Shown here piece by piece: positions 62,044 through 64,000 of a DNA stretch of 64,000 bases. This DNA comes from an uncultured Planctomycetota bacterium (GTDB lineage Bacteria > Planctomycetota > Planctomycetia > Isosphaerales > Isosphaeraceae), in assembly GCA_963823665.1 (NCBI GenBank), contig CAWGMQ010000003.1, forward strand, positions 1,664,001 through 1,728,000, in the 5' to 3' direction. The notes under the pieces are model-generated. The model worked only from the letters and a program-made list of their open reading frames with translations. It had not been told where the DNA came from and did no database searches. Numbering within the stretch: position 1 is the stretch's first letter; every line of letters begins with the position of its first letter. The position numbers and the translations under genes were made by a program.

Positions 62044-62657
62044 AATGGATCATGGACGGGCTATTGCGGCGCCGAGCAGCACGGCTGGTCCGCTTCATCT
62101 TGCCCGACCTGCCCACGGTTGGTCCCGTTCTCGACATTGGCTCGGGCACGGGCCACAACGCAGATTGCCTGGCCGGCCTTTCGGCGGTCGAGGTCATTGA
62201 AGCAGACGTCGTCGATATCCACCTGGTTGGCCGCGGGCCAGTGCTGTTCGATGGAAAGGTGCTGCCGTTTCCTGACTCTCAGTTCTCTACGTCGATTCTG
62301 CTGTTTGTCTTGCAGTACGCCGCTGAGCCCGACCTGCTGCTCAAGGAGACGCGCCGCGTGACATCCGGCCGGGTCATGGTCCTGCAATCGATCTATTCGG
62401 GACGAGTCGGGCACTCGGTCCTCAGAGCCTGGGATTTCGTCACCGGTCGGTTTGCGTTCGTCGTCGCCCGCACCTTTGGATTTATCTCCGCCAGAACGTG
62501 TGCTCTGCGTCCAGAACGATTCTTCACCCGTGAGAGCCTGGAGCAACTCCTGGGCAATTCTGGATTTCGCATGCTCGCAGTTCGCCGATTCGACGCACTC
62601 AGCCTTCACGTGAGTCGCGAATTGTACGTGTTGGAGCCGCCAGCGCCATGTCCTTGA
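62040..62657 (+). CDS. Class I SAM-dependent methyltransferase
   Basis: VLDIGSGTG, FDGKVLPFPD; GTG start overlaps upstream TGA. Confidence 0.85.
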   Translation: MKWIMDGLLRRRAARLVRFILPDLPTVGPVLDIGSGTGHNADCLAGLSAVEVIEADVVDIHLVGRGPVLFDGKVLPFPDSQFSTSILLFVLQYAAEPDLLLKETRRVTSGRVMVLQSIYSGRVGHSVLRAWDFVTGRFAFVVARTFGFISARTCALRPERFFTRESLEQLLGNSGFRMLAVRRFDALSLHVSRELYVLEPPAPCP

Positions 62658-63433
62658 CCGTCTCCGTCATCATCCCCTCACTGAACGAAGAAGCGCTCAT
62701 CCTCGAGACGCTGGAAAGCGTGCAGCGAGCACTGGGCGTCCTGCCAAGCGAGGTCACGGCCGAGATTATCGTAGTCGACAACGGCAGCACCGATAACACC
62801 CGCCAATTAGTCGAACGAGCCAGCGGCCTCGTTAGGTTGTTACACTGCCCGTCGAAAGGTGCCGCCCATGCAAGAAACCTCGGCGCGCGATTCTCAAGCG
62901 GCGACATTCTGGTTTTTCTGGATGCAGACACGACGATCCCGGTCCGCTCGATCGATCATCTTGTTGAACAATGCTCTCGCAACGGCATCAGCGCGGGAAT
63001 GACAAAGCTCGGTCCTCGGGACGGTGGATTTCGCGCGTGTTGCTGGTGGTCTTTCTGGAATTCCGTCCGGCGGCTTCCGCTGCCGCGCGCCAAGGCGATG
63101 CCGGCATTCATGTTTTGCACGAGGACGACCTTCGACGACCTGGGACCGTTCAACGAAGATGTGGCGATTGGTGAGGAATGGCCGATTCTCGCCAGGCTCT
63201 ATCGATCGCGGCGAAACGAGTTCATCTATCTGCGTTCCATCACGGCTCGCACGTCCAGCCGTCGGATGGAGCTGATCCCATTTGGTTACACCCGGCTGTT
63301 CCTGAAGTATGTCTGGGCCATCCTGCACTATCGGGGCCGAATTCATTACGCCGACACGATCCGGCATCGCGCTGCGGCCCTGCACCGTGCAAAGCTCATT
63401 TCATCGCTTCCGAAAAAAAATCACCAATTTTGA
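62648..63433 (+). CDS. Glycosyltransferase family 2
   Basis: VIIPSLNEE, VVDNGSTDNT, FLDADT, TSSRR. Confidence 0.9.
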   Translation: MSLTVSVIIPSLNEEALILETLESVQRALGVLPSEVTAEIIVVDNGSTDNTRQLVERASGLVRLLHCPSKGAAHARNLGARFSSGDILVFLDADTTIPVRSIDHLVEQCSRNGISAGMTKLGPRDGGFRACCWWSFWNSVRRLPLPRAKAMPAFMFCTRTTFDDLGPFNEDVAIGEEWPILARLYRSRRNEFIYLRSITARTSSRRMELIPFGYTRLFLKYVWAILHYRGRIHYADTIRHRAAALHRAKLISSLPKKNHQF

Positions 63434-63585
63434 CCCTCGGCCAGCGCCTTTTTCAGATGACTTCCGGGTGGGAGGGCGAAGTGCGGGCGCATCGGCCAAG
63501 ATTTGCTGCCTCGAGCGCACTTACGTGCACTTCGCCAACTGTCTGCGCGACGTCGCAACGAGGTTCACCAACCAGGAGAGCAACG

Positions 63586-64000
63586 ATGAACGCGATCTTT
63601 GAGTCACTTACACTTGTTGCGAAGGCGAACGAGCGACCGCAGACTGCTCCCCGAAGGCGACGGTTCCTCGCTATCGAGCACATGGAGGAGCGCACGCTCC
63701 TCTCGGCATCACCAATCCGGATCGGCAGCCTGGGCGACAGCCTTACGGATGAATATGCGTTCTATGCCCCGTACAGACCGGCGGCGCAAAACTGGGTGCA
63801 GATTCTTTCGGCCCTCCGAGGACCGCAAGCAACTAACCAGCTCACGTTCGGCGCCTATACCACGACCCTCGCCAGGGGCGAGAACCCGCAACAATGGCTA
63901 CGCGCAGGACTGGGCGCGCAGCGGCGCCACTGCGGTCGGGAACGATGTCGTCGGAGCGATGACGACCCTGGTCAATCAGTACGATGGCGGGTACAACAAC
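63586..64000 (+). CDS. Planctomycete-type exported SGNH/GDSL hydrolase-like protein (partial)
   Basis: SD AGGAG; IEHMEERTLLS leader; GSLGDSLTDEY; runs off window end; not in ORF track. Confidence 0.7.
   Translation, partial: MNAIFESLTLVAKANERPQTAPRRRRFLAIEHMEERTLLSASPIRIGSLGDSLTDEYAFYAPYRPAAQNWVQILSALRGPQATNQLTFGAYTTTLARGENPQQWLRAGLGAQRRHCGRERCRRSDDDPGQSVRWRVQQ

Overview
GC-rich bacterial DNA whose gene content (DUF1501, DUF1549/1553, sulfatase, Uma2, planctomycete-type exported proteins, Ser/Thr kinase) points to a Planctomycete, probably Isosphaeraceae-like (inference). About 2.1-14.0 kb is an integron-type gene cassette array: about 23 small co-oriented ORFs separated by about 24 attC-like palindromes. 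No intact integrase is in the window, only a possible decayed intI 5' remnant. The long attC class carries a positionally conserved extended -10-like motif (TGnTACAAT), and many cores read GAC/GTC instead of AAC/GTT. The rest is mostly typical planctomycete genes. At 41-53 kb four tandem paralogous exported proteins surround a candidate new selenoprotein (in-frame TGA in GFS-U-GTFC plus a SECIS-like hairpin). Many genes carry single-base frameshifts, probably assembly errors, so merged gene coordinates are approximate. No rRNA, tRNA or CRISPR array was recognised.
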